Source of the DNA: an uncultured Myxococcales bacterium
GTDB taxonomy: Bacteria; Myxococcota; UBA4151
Direction: 5' to 3'
Assembly: GCA_964013405.1 (NCBI GenBank)
Contig: CAXGWI010000043.1
Span: forward strand, 1 to 24,037
DNA: 24,037 nucleotides
Part shown: positions 9,264 to 18,608 of the stretch, one piece after another
Layout: each line of letters opens with the position of its first letter
Position numbering within the stretch: the stretch's first letter is position 1
Translations under genes and position numbers: made by a program
Notes under the pieces: model-generated
The model's input: only the letters and a program-made list of their open reading frames with translations
Databases searched by the model: none
What the model was told of the DNA's origin: nothing

Positions 9264-9647
9264 TCAGGGCGCAGCAGCCAAGCGGGCCTCGACCGCAGCG
9301 ACAAAGCTCGCCACGTCGCCGCCACAGGCTTTTAGGTCCGCATCGCCCAGCAGCATCTCCCAGCCAGCACCCCGATCCAACACCAGGCAGGGGGTCTGGC
9401 CGAGGGTAAAGGCAGCCAAATCGCTGGGCTGCTCATCGAGGTGAAGCATTTTTACCGTCTCGGAGCGACTCTCCATCCATTGGCGAAAGGCTTCTTTCAT
9501 ACGAACCCCACCATGGCTGATGTCACAAAGGGAGCAGTGCACGCCTCGAAAGAGGCCCATGGCGTAGCGCAGCTCCCCCATAAAACTGCCGTCGGCGTGA
9601 TAGACGCCGATCAGTCGGGTGGATGGGCCTGTCACTGGGCTCGTCAC
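9264..9647 (-). CDS. Hypothetical protein with a CSLC (CxxC) motif, possibly thioredoxin-like fold
   Basis: LIGVYHADGSFMGELRY...HCSLCDISHG...LHLDEQP...TPCLV. Co-oriented with and 14 nt downstream of the NifU gene. The GTG start is uncertain. Confidence 0.65.
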   Translation of the reverse strand: MTSPVTGPSTRLIGVYHADGSFMGELRYAMGLFRGVHCSLCDISHGGVRMKEAFRQWMESRSETVKMLHLDEQPSDLAAFTLGQTPCLVLDRGAGWEMLLGDADLKACGGDVASFVAAVEARLAAAP

Positions 9648-9661
9648 CGGGGGGGACCTGC

Positions 9662-10039
9662 CTAAATTCCAGCGAAGGGGTTACCCATAAAGAAGGGATT
9701 TTCACCGGTACTGTGGTCGGTGACATCCTCGACGCTCAGGACCTCGGGGAACTCGTCTTTGATGGCCGTCTCGATGCCATACTTCATGGTCGCCGCGCTG
9801 GCGCCGCAACCGTGGCAACCGCCGCCCATCTTCATGGTGACAAGCCCCTTGTCCTCATCGACTTTGTCGATCTCAATCCAGCCACCGTGGCTGGCGAGGC
9901 TGGGATTGATCATCTCCTCGATAAAGGTGTGCACCCGGCCATGCAGGCTCTCCGGATCCAAGGGCTGCGCCGGATTCGGTGCGGCTGCTTCAGCGTCCGG
10001 CTGGCTTTCAGCGGCTTCGATGTTCTCGTCTTCGGACAT
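9662..10039 (-). CDS. NifU/Nfu-domain Fe-S cluster carrier (NfuA C-terminal-like, stand-alone)
   Basis: INPSLASHGGWIE, MGGGCHGCGASAATMKYGIE (CxxC) and the NfuA-type tail DVTDHSTGENPFF. Lacks the A-type carrier N-domain. Confidence 0.9.
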   Translation of the reverse strand: MSEDENIEAAESQPDAEAAAPNPAQPLDPESLHGRVHTFIEEMINPSLASHGGWIEIDKVDEDKGLVTMKMGGGCHGCGASAATMKYGIETAIKDEFPEVLSVEDVTDHSTGENPFFMGNPFAGI

Positions 10040-10160
10040 ACTGTGCCCCCAATTCTTCGTGAGGGGAGTCTAGCGGATCATCGGGACGAAAACCAACGGC
10101 AATTGCCAGGGATCGAGATTGAAGGTAGGCGCACAGCGCCTTCTAGGCAGGAGCCACACG

Positions 10161-11540
10161 ATGAGCCTCATGACCGGATCCGTCTCCCATGTTCTCGACG
10201 CCATCGGGCAGACACCCCTTGTTCGACTGAACCAGATGGCAGCCCATGTACCAGCGGACATCTACGTCAAGCTGGAGTACCTGAATCCCGGTGGGTCCAT
10301 GAAGGACCGCATCGGCCTCAACATCATCAATCAAGCGGAAGCAGCCGGCGAGATTCATCCTGGTGGGACCATCGTGGAAGCCACCAGCGGCAACACGGGC
10401 ATGGGCCTGGCGCTGGTGGCAGCTGTTCGGGGTTACAAATGCATCTTCGTGATGCCCGACAAGATGAGCGAGGAGAAGATCGCCAGTCTGCGGGCGGTGG
10501 GTGCGAAGGTGGTCATTACCCCCACCAACGTCGAGCCCGACGACCCCCGCTCCTACTACTCGGTCAGTCGCCGCATCGCCGAGGAGACCCCCAACGCCTT
10601 CTATGCCAACCAGTACTTCAATCCCTCAAACCCCCAGAGCCACTACCTCAGCACCGGGCCTGAACTCTGGCAACAAACCAACGGCGAGGTCGACGTCTTT
10701 GTGGCTGGATTGGGGACCGGTGGGACCATCTGTGGCACCGGGCGTTATCTGCGGGAGCAAAAACCCGAGATCAAACTGGTGGGGGCCGATCCGATCGGAT
10801 CCATCTACTACGATCTGAAGCGCACTGGAAAGATGGTCCAGGCCCATCCGTACAAAGTCGAAGGGGTGGGCGAGGATATCCTGCCGGGAACCATCGATTT
10901 AGACCTCATCGACGAGATCATTCAAGTCACCGACCACGAGTCTTTTCATGCCAATCGGGACCTCGCCCGCCTCGAAGGTATCCTCACCGGTGGTTCGGGG
11001 GGGCTCGCGGTGATGGCGGCCATCCGTTATGCTGAACGAACGCAGAAAAAAGAGAACATCGTGGTCCTGCTGCCAGACTCGGCCATGCGCTACCTCACGA
11101 AACAGTTTAACGACACATGGATGGCGGAGAATGGCTTCTTGGGCCCGGCGGCCAGTGCGGGCACCGTGGCCGATCTTCTCGACCCCAATAGCCCAGTCAT
11201 CAGTTTGGCCGGCACCACGGCGGTGGCCGAGGCGGTGACGCTCATGCGGGAGAATGACGTGAGCCAATTGCCGGTGCTGAACGACGACGGGCACCTGCTT
11301 GGGGTCCTGACCGAACGCAACCTATTGCAACATCTCCTGACCCAGCCCAACGACCAGGCCACGGCCGCGGATTTGGTCGAATCCAACTTCGCCACGGCCG
11401 AGCTCGATACGCCGCTCGCCACCTTGGCCCCCCACTTTCGCAACCATCAGGTGGTCCTCGTCACCGAAGGCACCCAACTCACCGGCATCATTACAGAGAT
11501 CGACTTGCTCGAACGACTGACTCAGGTCGTTGGGGGCTAG
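10161..11540 (+). CDS. cbs: Cystathionine beta-synthase (PLP-dependent, with C-terminal CBS domain pair)
   Basis: IGQTPLVRL, KLEYLNPGGSMKDR (PLP Lys), EATSGNTGMGLA, NQYFNPSNP, GLGTGGT, YKVEGVGED, then CBS domains (MRENDVSQLPV). SD AGGAG favours ATG 10161 over the track start 10119. Confidence 0.9.
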   Translation: MSLMTGSVSHVLDAIGQTPLVRLNQMAAHVPADIYVKLEYLNPGGSMKDRIGLNIINQAEAAGEIHPGGTIVEATSGNTGMGLALVAAVRGYKCIFVMPDKMSEEKIASLRAVGAKVVITPTNVEPDDPRSYYSVSRRIAEETPNAFYANQYFNPSNPQSHYLSTGPELWQQTNGEVDVFVAGLGTGGTICGTGRYLREQKPEIKLVGADPIGSIYYDLKRTGKMVQAHPYKVEGVGEDILPGTIDLDLIDEIIQVTDHESFHANRDLARLEGILTGGSGGLAVMAAIRYAERTQKKENIVVLLPDSAMRYLTKQFNDTWMAENGFLGPAASAGTVADLLDPNSPVISLAGTTAVAEAVTLMRENDVSQLPVLNDDGHLLGVLTERNLLQHLLTQPNDQATAADLVESNFATAELDTPLATLAPHFRNHQVVLVTEGTQLTGIITEIDLLERLTQVVGG

Positions 11541-11544
11541 ACCC

Positions 11545-13455
11545 GTGACCGGGCCCAGCCTGACCGAACTCATCAACCGGCGGCTGAGTCGGCGGGAGAT
11601 GATCGGCAAGACAGCCCTCGCTGCCGCCGCCTTTGGGCTCGGCTGCCGCCACAGTTGCACGCCAAAGCAGCAAGAGGCCACCAGCAGCCCCAACAAAGCC
11701 TCGCAGCCCCGCCCTCGGAGCTTCACCGAAGTGGCCCCTGGCATCGACGATCACCTACACGTCCCCGAGGGCTATCAGGCCCAGGTCCTTCTGGCCTGGG
11801 GCGCAAGTCTCGAGGATGGCTCGGACTTCCCGGGCGATTTGTCCCGAATCACCGCCGATGAGCAAAGACAGCGCTTTGGCACCCACTGCGACTTCACCGC
11901 CTTCCTGCCCCTCCCCGATCTCGATGGCGTGCAGCGGGGGCTGCTGTGCGTAAATCATGAACTGACCATCGCCCGAGTCATGTTCCCCGACATGCCACCG
12001 GGGCGACGGGCCAGTGCACCGCTGCTGAGCCAGGCCCAATGCGAAACCGAACTCGCGGCCCACGGGCACAGCGTTGTGGAGATCCGCTTGGGTCCGGAAG
12101 GCTGGCGCGTCGTACCGAGCCCGCTGACTCGCCGTTTTGACGGCGGCTCAACCCCCTTCGAGCTGCGGGGACCGGCGGCGGGCCACGCCCGAATGCAAAC
12201 CTCTGAGGACCCGTCAGGTCGGCGCGTGATTGGCACCGTGGCCAACTGCTCCGGCGGCGTGACCCCCTGGGGCACGGTGCTCATCGCTGAGGAAAACGTA
12301 GACAACTACTTCGGTGGGCAACTGGGAGATGGTCAGGAGCGGGCCAACCTGGAGCGCTTCGGCATCGATGGCCGTCCGGACTTCGGGTTCTGGCGCTTCT
12401 GGGACCGTTTCGACGTCAGCAAGGAGCCTCGGGAGCCCAATCGTTTTGGCTGGATGGTCGAATACGACCCACGGGATCCCAAGCGCCCGCCCGTGAAGCG
12501 GACGGCCCTCGGGCGCTTCAGCCACGAGGGTGCCGCCTGCACTGTCAGCGAGGACGGCCGAGCGGTCCTCTACATGGCCGATGATTCGGGCATGGAGTAC
12601 CTCTATCGCTTTGTCAGTGACGGTCCGGCTTCGGCCGGGGGCCACCTGTTGGATCATGGCACGCTCTCCGTGGCCCGCTTCGACAGCGATGGCAGCGTGA
12701 CGTGGCTCGACCTCATCCACGGGCAAGGCCCCCTGACCAAAGAGCATGGCTTTAACGACCAAGGCGATGTGCTCATCGAAACGCGACGGGCAGCCGATCG
12801 ACTGGGTGCCACACCGATGGATCGCCCTGAAGGCATCGCAGTGGATCCCAAAACCGGTCGGGTCTACGTGGCCCTCACCTACAATCGCTATCGCGCCCCC
12901 GAGGCCGTCGATGCCGTGCACCCAAGGGCCCGGGATGCCCATGGTCAAATCCTCGAAATCATGCCGCCGGGTCCCCAGGGGCACGGTGCGAAAAAGATGC
13001 GCTGGGATGCGCTCATCCGCTGCGGCGATCCAGCCCGCCACGAAGGCACCAAATATGGCGATGGCCTCACCGAGCGAGGCTGGGTGTCCTGCCCCGACAA
13101 CCTCCGCTTTGATCCCTCGGGCCGCCTTTGGGTCTGTACCGATGGGATGGAGCGCGATGGCCTGACCTGTGATGGAATCTTTCTTTGCCCAGTGGCTGGC
13201 GAAGGCCGGGCGGTTCCGCGACGCTTCCTACGGGTCCCCACCGGCGCCGAATGCACTGGGCCCTCGTTTACGCCGGACGGACGCACGCTCTTTGTCAGCA
13301 TCCAGCACCCCGGTGCCCATTACGATGCAACCTTAGCCAAGCCCCGCTCCCGCTGGCCCCACCAGAAAGAGGGGCGTCCTCCCCAGCCGGCCGTCGTCGC
13401 CATTCGCGCCCTCGACGGGGGCATCATCGGCGGCGATCCGAAAGAGGGCGTCTAG
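11545..13455 (+). CDS. phoX: PhoX-family alkaline phosphatase (DUF839), Tat-exported, possibly a lipoprotein
   Basis: Tat-like SRREMIG followed by FGLG-C. PhoX motifs VNHE, NCSGGVTPWGTVLIAEEN, LGRFSHE, MDRPE, PDN, CTDG, AECTGPSFTPDGRTLFVSIQHPG. Start is GTG 11545 or TTG 11530. Confidence 0.92.
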   Translation: MTGPSLTELINRRLSRREMIGKTALAAAAFGLGCRHSCTPKQQEATSSPNKASQPRPRSFTEVAPGIDDHLHVPEGYQAQVLLAWGASLEDGSDFPGDLSRITADEQRQRFGTHCDFTAFLPLPDLDGVQRGLLCVNHELTIARVMFPDMPPGRRASAPLLSQAQCETELAAHGHSVVEIRLGPEGWRVVPSPLTRRFDGGSTPFELRGPAAGHARMQTSEDPSGRRVIGTVANCSGGVTPWGTVLIAEENVDNYFGGQLGDGQERANLERFGIDGRPDFGFWRFWDRFDVSKEPREPNRFGWMVEYDPRDPKRPPVKRTALGRFSHEGAACTVSEDGRAVLYMADDSGMEYLYRFVSDGPASAGGHLLDHGTLSVARFDSDGSVTWLDLIHGQGPLTKEHGFNDQGDVLIETRRAADRLGATPMDRPEGIAVDPKTGRVYVALTYNRYRAPEAVDAVHPRARDAHGQILEIMPPGPQGHGAKKMRWDALIRCGDPARHEGTKYGDGLTERGWVSCPDNLRFDPSGRLWVCTDGMERDGLTCDGIFLCPVAGEGRAVPRRFLRVPTGAECTGPSFTPDGRTLFVSIQHPGAHYDATLAKPRSRWPHQKEGRPPQPAVVAIRALDGGIIGGDPKEGV

Positions 13456-13476
13456 GCAGCCCACGGGGCGACGCCG

Positions 13477-15783
13477 CTAGTACTTCGTCAGATCCAGTCC
13501 GCCCGGGTAGGCGTAACTGACATGGCTATCGAAGGCGTAGACCATGAGACCAAAGCGATCTCCGCCGGCCGACTCGATCACGTGGGGGCCATCATCGACC
13601 CGCAGGATGAGACTCCCCTGCCCGGAGCGACCAAACTCCTGCCATGGCTGCAAGAGACAAGGGGCCTCGTTGGGGTCCTCTGGCGCTTCACAGGGCATCT
13701 CAGCCACCGGGTGACCATCGAGACGAATGCCCATGTTCTCAGGCCCCACCACGTTCACATAGTCGACGTGGTAAGTACTGGGCGTGAGAAACATATATTG
13801 GTCTCTGTATTGATCCATGGGCGCCACCACCATCATGGCGGGATCCCCCGCATGGGCTGCGAGCCCCGTCGATTCTTGACCACTCATAAAATGCATCATC
13901 GCAAACCGGTGCTCGGACTCGGCCTTGAATCCCAGGCGGGTGTTGAACTCGCAATTTTCATGGGGTCCCAGAATGAGGATCTGGCCTTGGAGAAAGTCGG
14001 TGCAAGACGGGATGGGCGATCCCACGCCATAAGGAATGCCCGCCTCGACCGAGTCGGCGAGGAGCTGCTCGATCGGCGGGTCAAAACCGACCCGCACACC
14101 GTCCTCCCCCGCGATCAAACGGAAGTAGCCGGTCTCTTGTAGACTCTCCGGGTTCCGGCGTCGGAAGGGCGCGCCCACATACCGACGCCCCCAGGTTTCA
14201 TCGGGCAACAACTGCTCTTCGAGGTGGTCACAGGCCCGACTACCAAAGGGCAGTTGACTACAAACGGCACCGCCGAACAGGCCGATGGGTTTATCAGCCT
14301 CCATGCGCAATCCGGTCAGGTCGCCGAGGTTTCCAGACTCCAGATTGAGGGTCTGAAACCGGTTGAGGGTGACCGTCGCCCGTCCGTCCGCGTCGGGAAC
14401 GGGCATGCCTTGCCGATCCAAGATCAAGGTATGGTGCGGGGCATGCTCGAAATAGAGGTCGACCTGGGTTTCGTCTTGGGTACCGATCAGGGTGACGGTC
14501 CCGGGATAGTAGTTACGACCAAAGGGCCAACTGGGCCCGGCAAAGGCGTGATATCGGCGCCCCAAACCAGACACTGGCAAGAGCAAGCTCGCGTCGTTCG
14601 AGGCATTGGTGTTACAGCACAGCGGATTGAACTGGTACACGACCACGGGCCGGGTGCTGACCAATCGCAAGCCCTTGTAATCAAGACCTGTCCCCCGCCC
14701 GTTCAACACGGCCGGGCCCACGTTAAACCGCTCACCGTTGACCATGATCAACAGGGTTGCCGTCCCGCCCGAGGGAATCTCGACCCCCTGGATCAGCCCG
14801 GACAATCGGTCCTGTCCCGGAACGAGTTGCCGGGCAGCGTCACGCACTTCAGAATGGAGAATCTCACCGGGGGGGTCGACCCGCCGGTTGGAAATCATCT
14901 GTGCGTAAGCCGGCTCCGCACCTTCGTGAGCCTTGTAAGTGACGTCGACGGAGACGGGCCCATCCATGGGGTTCGCCACGACCAGTGCGTAGGGGTGTTG
15001 TTCGTGACCCAAGGTCGTCAAGTTCCCCAGCTCCGCGGCGAAGAACTCACAGCCCATGTAGGAGGTGTTCCCCACCTCCAACTCACACTGGCTCACGCAG
15101 CGCCCACCGGCACAGACTTCACCGGCTTCTTGATCGCAGCTGCGATCCGGGTCCCAGCCATTGCGCGCGGCATTACAGATGCCGATCGTATGGTCGTCGA
15201 AACAGCCGGTATCGCCCGGGTCGCAGAGGGGTCGATGGCAACCGGCGACGTCGTCGATGACCATGCAGATCTCCGACAAGGCCACATTGCAGCGGTCGTC
15301 GACCCAGGCTGTGCCGCCAGCATTGCATCGCTGTAACTGGGGTGCTCGTTCCCCAACCTCGTGGCAACGGGTGCCATCGGGCGTACAGATTTGCGCTTCA
15401 CAGGCCACGCCGCCGTCACCCTCGGCACAGCCCTGCCCCACCGGACAGGGGTCAGGCTGATAACCACGACCATCCCGTGCGCAACGTTCCCGGAGTCCCC
15501 CCTCGGTGCAACGCAACTGCCCAGGAAGGCATTCTGAGACGACGCATTCCCCATCGTGACAGATCTCGCCCTCGGGGCAGGAGATCCGCGTCCTCGAGGT
15601 CCCGTGCTCGTTGCAGATCTCCATCTCCACCGCATCGAGACATAAGCGACTCGCCGCCGGGCAAACGATGGCTTCACAGGCTTCGCCGACCAGGACCTGA
15701 TCGACACCGCAGGGATCGTCACGTTCGCCGTCAGGCTCAGCGCATCCCAAGAGGAGAAGAGCGAGCCCGAGAACCCGCTTCAT
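13477..15783 (-). CDS. Lipoprotein with N-terminal six-Cys repeats and an IgGFc-binding (FCGBP N-terminal-like) domain
   Basis: MKRVLGLALLLLG-C. About four C..G..RC...C..C units, then SYMGCEF, PVVVYQFNPL, SNDASLLLP, DHLEEQLLP, GDPAM...DQYRDQYMFLTP and a C-terminal SYAYPGG. Confidence 0.82.
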   Translation of the reverse strand: MKRVLGLALLLLGCAEPDGERDDPCGVDQVLVGEACEAIVCPAASRLCLDAVEMEICNEHGTSRTRISCPEGEICHDGECVVSECLPGQLRCTEGGLRERCARDGRGYQPDPCPVGQGCAEGDGGVACEAQICTPDGTRCHEVGERAPQLQRCNAGGTAWVDDRCNVALSEICMVIDDVAGCHRPLCDPGDTGCFDDHTIGICNAARNGWDPDRSCDQEAGEVCAGGRCVSQCELEVGNTSYMGCEFFAAELGNLTTLGHEQHPYALVVANPMDGPVSVDVTYKAHEGAEPAYAQMISNRRVDPPGEILHSEVRDAARQLVPGQDRLSGLIQGVEIPSGGTATLLIMVNGERFNVGPAVLNGRGTGLDYKGLRLVSTRPVVVYQFNPLCCNTNASNDASLLLPVSGLGRRYHAFAGPSWPFGRNYYPGTVTLIGTQDETQVDLYFEHAPHHTLILDRQGMPVPDADGRATVTLNRFQTLNLESGNLGDLTGLRMEADKPIGLFGGAVCSQLPFGSRACDHLEEQLLPDETWGRRYVGAPFRRRNPESLQETGYFRLIAGEDGVRVGFDPPIEQLLADSVEAGIPYGVGSPIPSCTDFLQGQILILGPHENCEFNTRLGFKAESEHRFAMMHFMSGQESTGLAAHAGDPAMMVVAPMDQYRDQYMFLTPSTYHVDYVNVVGPENMGIRLDGHPVAEMPCEAPEDPNEAPCLLQPWQEFGRSGQGSLILRVDDGPHVIESAGGDRFGLMVYAFDSHVSYAYPGGLDLTKY

Positions 15784-18608
15784 TGGGCTGCTTTCGCCAA
15801 GTTCATTCCGCCGGGATAGGCGTAGGAAACGAAGGCATCGAAAGCATAAACACTGGCAGAGAATGCAACGCCCGGCTGGGCCGATTCAAGGCGATGGGCA
15901 CCATCGGACAGGCGGATCGTATAACGAACCCACTGACTATCCCCAATGGCCGTGGGTTGTTCCACCAGGAAGGGGTCGACGCCGACCTCACCCATGTTGA
16001 TCAGGTCGACGATAACGCCGTCGAGCAACAAGTCCACATCACCGGGCACGGCAACGGTCACATAATCGGCCGCATAGGTCGTTGGGGTCATGAACAGATA
16101 GGAAGACCGCAACTGATCGATCGGTGGAATGATGGTCATGCTCGGATCACCGGCAGCGATGAGTTGGTCCAAGGCCACGGCCTCCTGCCCAGCAAAGAGC
16201 TGGGCGATGAGGACGGGCCCATCGGCTTCGAGAAAGAAATCACCCTGGGCCGAGAAGGCACAACTCTCAAGAGCCGCGAGCTGGACCCGCTCATCCCGAA
16301 CCAGCGTCGAGCACTCGACGATGCTGCCCGCATAGCCAGGGCCGAGTTCCGTGTCGGGGACGGAGAAGCGAACCCCTGTCGGTCCGGCCAAGACTCGATA
16401 CCAGGTGGTCTCACCGGCGTAGTCGGGATTCCGCCGCACCGGCGGTGTCACGATGAAACGACGCCCCCAGGTATCAAGAGGTGGAATCATCTCCTCCACA
16501 TGATCCGGTGCCCCCATTTGGCTGGGCACCTGCATCGACTCATGGCCTGAATACACCAAGACCCCCTTGCCGCCCCGGGTGAGCACCCTCAGCCCGGTCA
16601 GGTCAGGGTTCGGCGTGCCATTGCGAGTCAGTAGCGTCCACACTTCGTCCGCAGCCAAGGTCAAGGTCGCCTGGCCCTGGGCATCGAACTCCACATTCTC
16701 GCCGGCGTTGACGCGATCGGGTCGCTCTCGCAGCGATGGCGGCAAGATCAAGGTGACTTCGGTGCCGTCGGCTAAGGAAGCAATACTGACAAAGCCTGGC
16801 TTCTCGAACCACTGGGGTTGGGAGAGCACCACGTAATCATCGGCACCGGCGCTCTCGGGGAGGAGGAGGCTGGCGTCATTGGAATAGTTAAAATTGCAGC
16901 AGAGCGGGTTAAACTGAAAGGCCGAGACGGGCACTGAGGCCCCCAAGCGATAACCCGCGCTCACCGGGCCGACTTCGGCTCGGCGATTGGAGTTGAGCAG
17001 CAGGATGGCGGTGCCCTGGGGGGGGACCTCCACGAATTGGACCGCCCCCTGGGGCCGACCGACCACTTCGCCGTTGGCAGCGAGCACTTCCGACTGAACA
17101 CGGGCATCGATAAAGCCACCGAGCTCGTTGACGAAGGCAGAGAGCAAGCGCTGCCCACTGTCCTCGCCGGGCACCTCCCCGGGTCGGGCCTGGGTGGAGA
17201 AGCTCAGTTTGAGTTGCCATCCGGCCGGCCGATCGGCCGTTTCATCGAGGCGGGCACCAGGATCTAGGTAGCTTGCGAGGGTGACCAATTGCCCGTCGGA
17301 AACCTCCGGGTCATCGAGAAGGATCTCCGCCGCCTGAGCTTCGGTGACCAAACCCACGAGTCGGCCCGTTTCCACCCGTTGGCGGTCGGCGCTGAGACGC
17401 CCTCCGACCACCACATCGTGAAGCACGACCCGCTGCTTGCCCAAGGTGATGGCGATTCGTTCCGATGGGTCGGTCACAAAACAAGGCACTGGGATGGCTT
17501 CTTCCCCCACGACACAACGGCCGCGGGAAGGCAGGCTCAAGCCCGAAAAACCACCGCCGGGCCGGTCAGAATGCAGACGACAGCGCCCCCCCTCAGGACA
17601 TTCGGCTGCGTACCAGGCTGCCGAGCCGCTGCCGCCGGCTCGAAGGTCCTCGGGCAACAGGGCGAGGACTTGATCGATCTCCGTTCGAGCCACCAAGGCT
17701 TCGGCGAGCTCCTGTCGGGATTCCAGACAGTCGATGCCGCTACAGAGTTGGGGTTGCTCCCAAACCAAGTCCTCGACGTGCTGGACTTGCCCGGGCTGCC
17801 ACAGATGGACTTTGGCCGGAACATTGGAGGAGTTCGCCACCGTCACCGCGAAGGGATGAGGGTCGTGTTCGGGGCCCCGCAAATTAGGCAACTCGATCGC
17901 CCGGTAGTTGCAGCCGAGGTAGGATGCGCCCACCATCGCCTGACGAGTGCATTCGGGGACACACTCGCCACCGTGACATTTCGACAACGTGTCCGGGTCA
18001 CAGGTTTGGTCGGGAACCCATGCGGTCCCCGTGTCGTCGCAATGCCCTGCGTGGGTCTCATCGGCACAACCCGTCTCGCCCGGACGGCAAATCACGCTCC
18101 GGCAGGCTCCACGGGCACATCGCATTCCCGGATCACAGGCCACCGTCTCCATGGCGGTCCGGTTCCGGTTGCATTGCCGTACGGTTTCCGTGTCGACGCA
18201 ACTGTTGTCTTCGGGGCCACAACTCTCCGGCAGACAGGCCCCCTCATGGCAACTGGTGTCGTCAGGGCAAGGGTCCGTTTTGTAGCCTTGGCCGTTGCTC
18301 AAGCAACGCTCACGAACCATCGCCGGGGTGCAGCGGTAAGACCCCGGGGTGCAGGCGGCCAGTTCGCAACGACCGTGCAGACAAAGTTCATTCTCGCCAC
18401 ATGACTTCTCGCGGGTCTGCGTCTGGCTCAGGCACAGGAGGACCGTGCGATCATCGGCGCAACTGTGGGACTGACACAGCACGTCTTTGCACTCGCCATC
18501 GCTATGGCAGACCTGCCCCACCGGACAACTAAGCGCCGTGCAGCGGGTCTGCTCCTCTGGGCAACCGACCAGGGCTAGCGCCATGAGGAAACCGACGCAA
18601 AACCGCAT
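15780..18608 (-). CDS. Paralogous IgGFc-binding-domain lipoprotein with an extra ~200-aa inserted domain
   Basis: MRFCVGFLMALALVG-C. Same motifs as the neighbour (SYLGCNY, FQFNPLCCN, SNDASLLLP, DHVEEMIPP, GDPSM, SYAYPGG). Its stop overlaps the next start (ATGA, 15780-15783). Confidence 0.82.
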   Translation of the reverse strand: MRFCVGFLMALALVGCPEEQTRCTALSCPVGQVCHSDGECKDVLCQSHSCADDRTVLLCLSQTQTREKSCGENELCLHGRCELAACTPGSYRCTPAMVRERCLSNGQGYKTDPCPDDTSCHEGACLPESCGPEDNSCVDTETVRQCNRNRTAMETVACDPGMRCARGACRSVICRPGETGCADETHAGHCDDTGTAWVPDQTCDPDTLSKCHGGECVPECTRQAMVGASYLGCNYRAIELPNLRGPEHDPHPFAVTVANSSNVPAKVHLWQPGQVQHVEDLVWEQPQLCSGIDCLESRQELAEALVARTEIDQVLALLPEDLRAGGSGSAAWYAAECPEGGRCRLHSDRPGGGFSGLSLPSRGRCVVGEEAIPVPCFVTDPSERIAITLGKQRVVLHDVVVGGRLSADRQRVETGRLVGLVTEAQAAEILLDDPEVSDGQLVTLASYLDPGARLDETADRPAGWQLKLSFSTQARPGEVPGEDSGQRLLSAFVNELGGFIDARVQSEVLAANGEVVGRPQGAVQFVEVPPQGTAILLLNSNRRAEVGPVSAGYRLGASVPVSAFQFNPLCCNFNYSNDASLLLPESAGADDYVVLSQPQWFEKPGFVSIASLADGTEVTLILPPSLRERPDRVNAGENVEFDAQGQATLTLAADEVWTLLTRNGTPNPDLTGLRVLTRGGKGVLVYSGHESMQVPSQMGAPDHVEEMIPPLDTWGRRFIVTPPVRRNPDYAGETTWYRVLAGPTGVRFSVPDTELGPGYAGSIVECSTLVRDERVQLAALESCAFSAQGDFFLEADGPVLIAQLFAGQEAVALDQLIAAGDPSMTIIPPIDQLRSSYLFMTPTTYAADYVTVAVPGDVDLLLDGVIVDLINMGEVGVDPFLVEQPTAIGDSQWVRYTIRLSDGAHRLESAQPGVAFSASVYAFDAFVSYAYPGGMNLAKAAQ

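Noticed and set aside
17018..17025. Homopolymer runs (G8 here, G7 at 14869-14875, A7 at 6524-6530) as phase-variation sites
   Set aside because: They are short, in frame, and explained by Pro-Pro or Phe-Phe codons; there is no frameshift evidence.
15342..18404. Long plus-strand ORFs (402 aa, 371 aa), and similarly 14224-15336, 9623-10663, 2699-3415 and 1378-2124
   Set aside because: They overlap or are antisense to well-supported genes and show no recognisable motifs.
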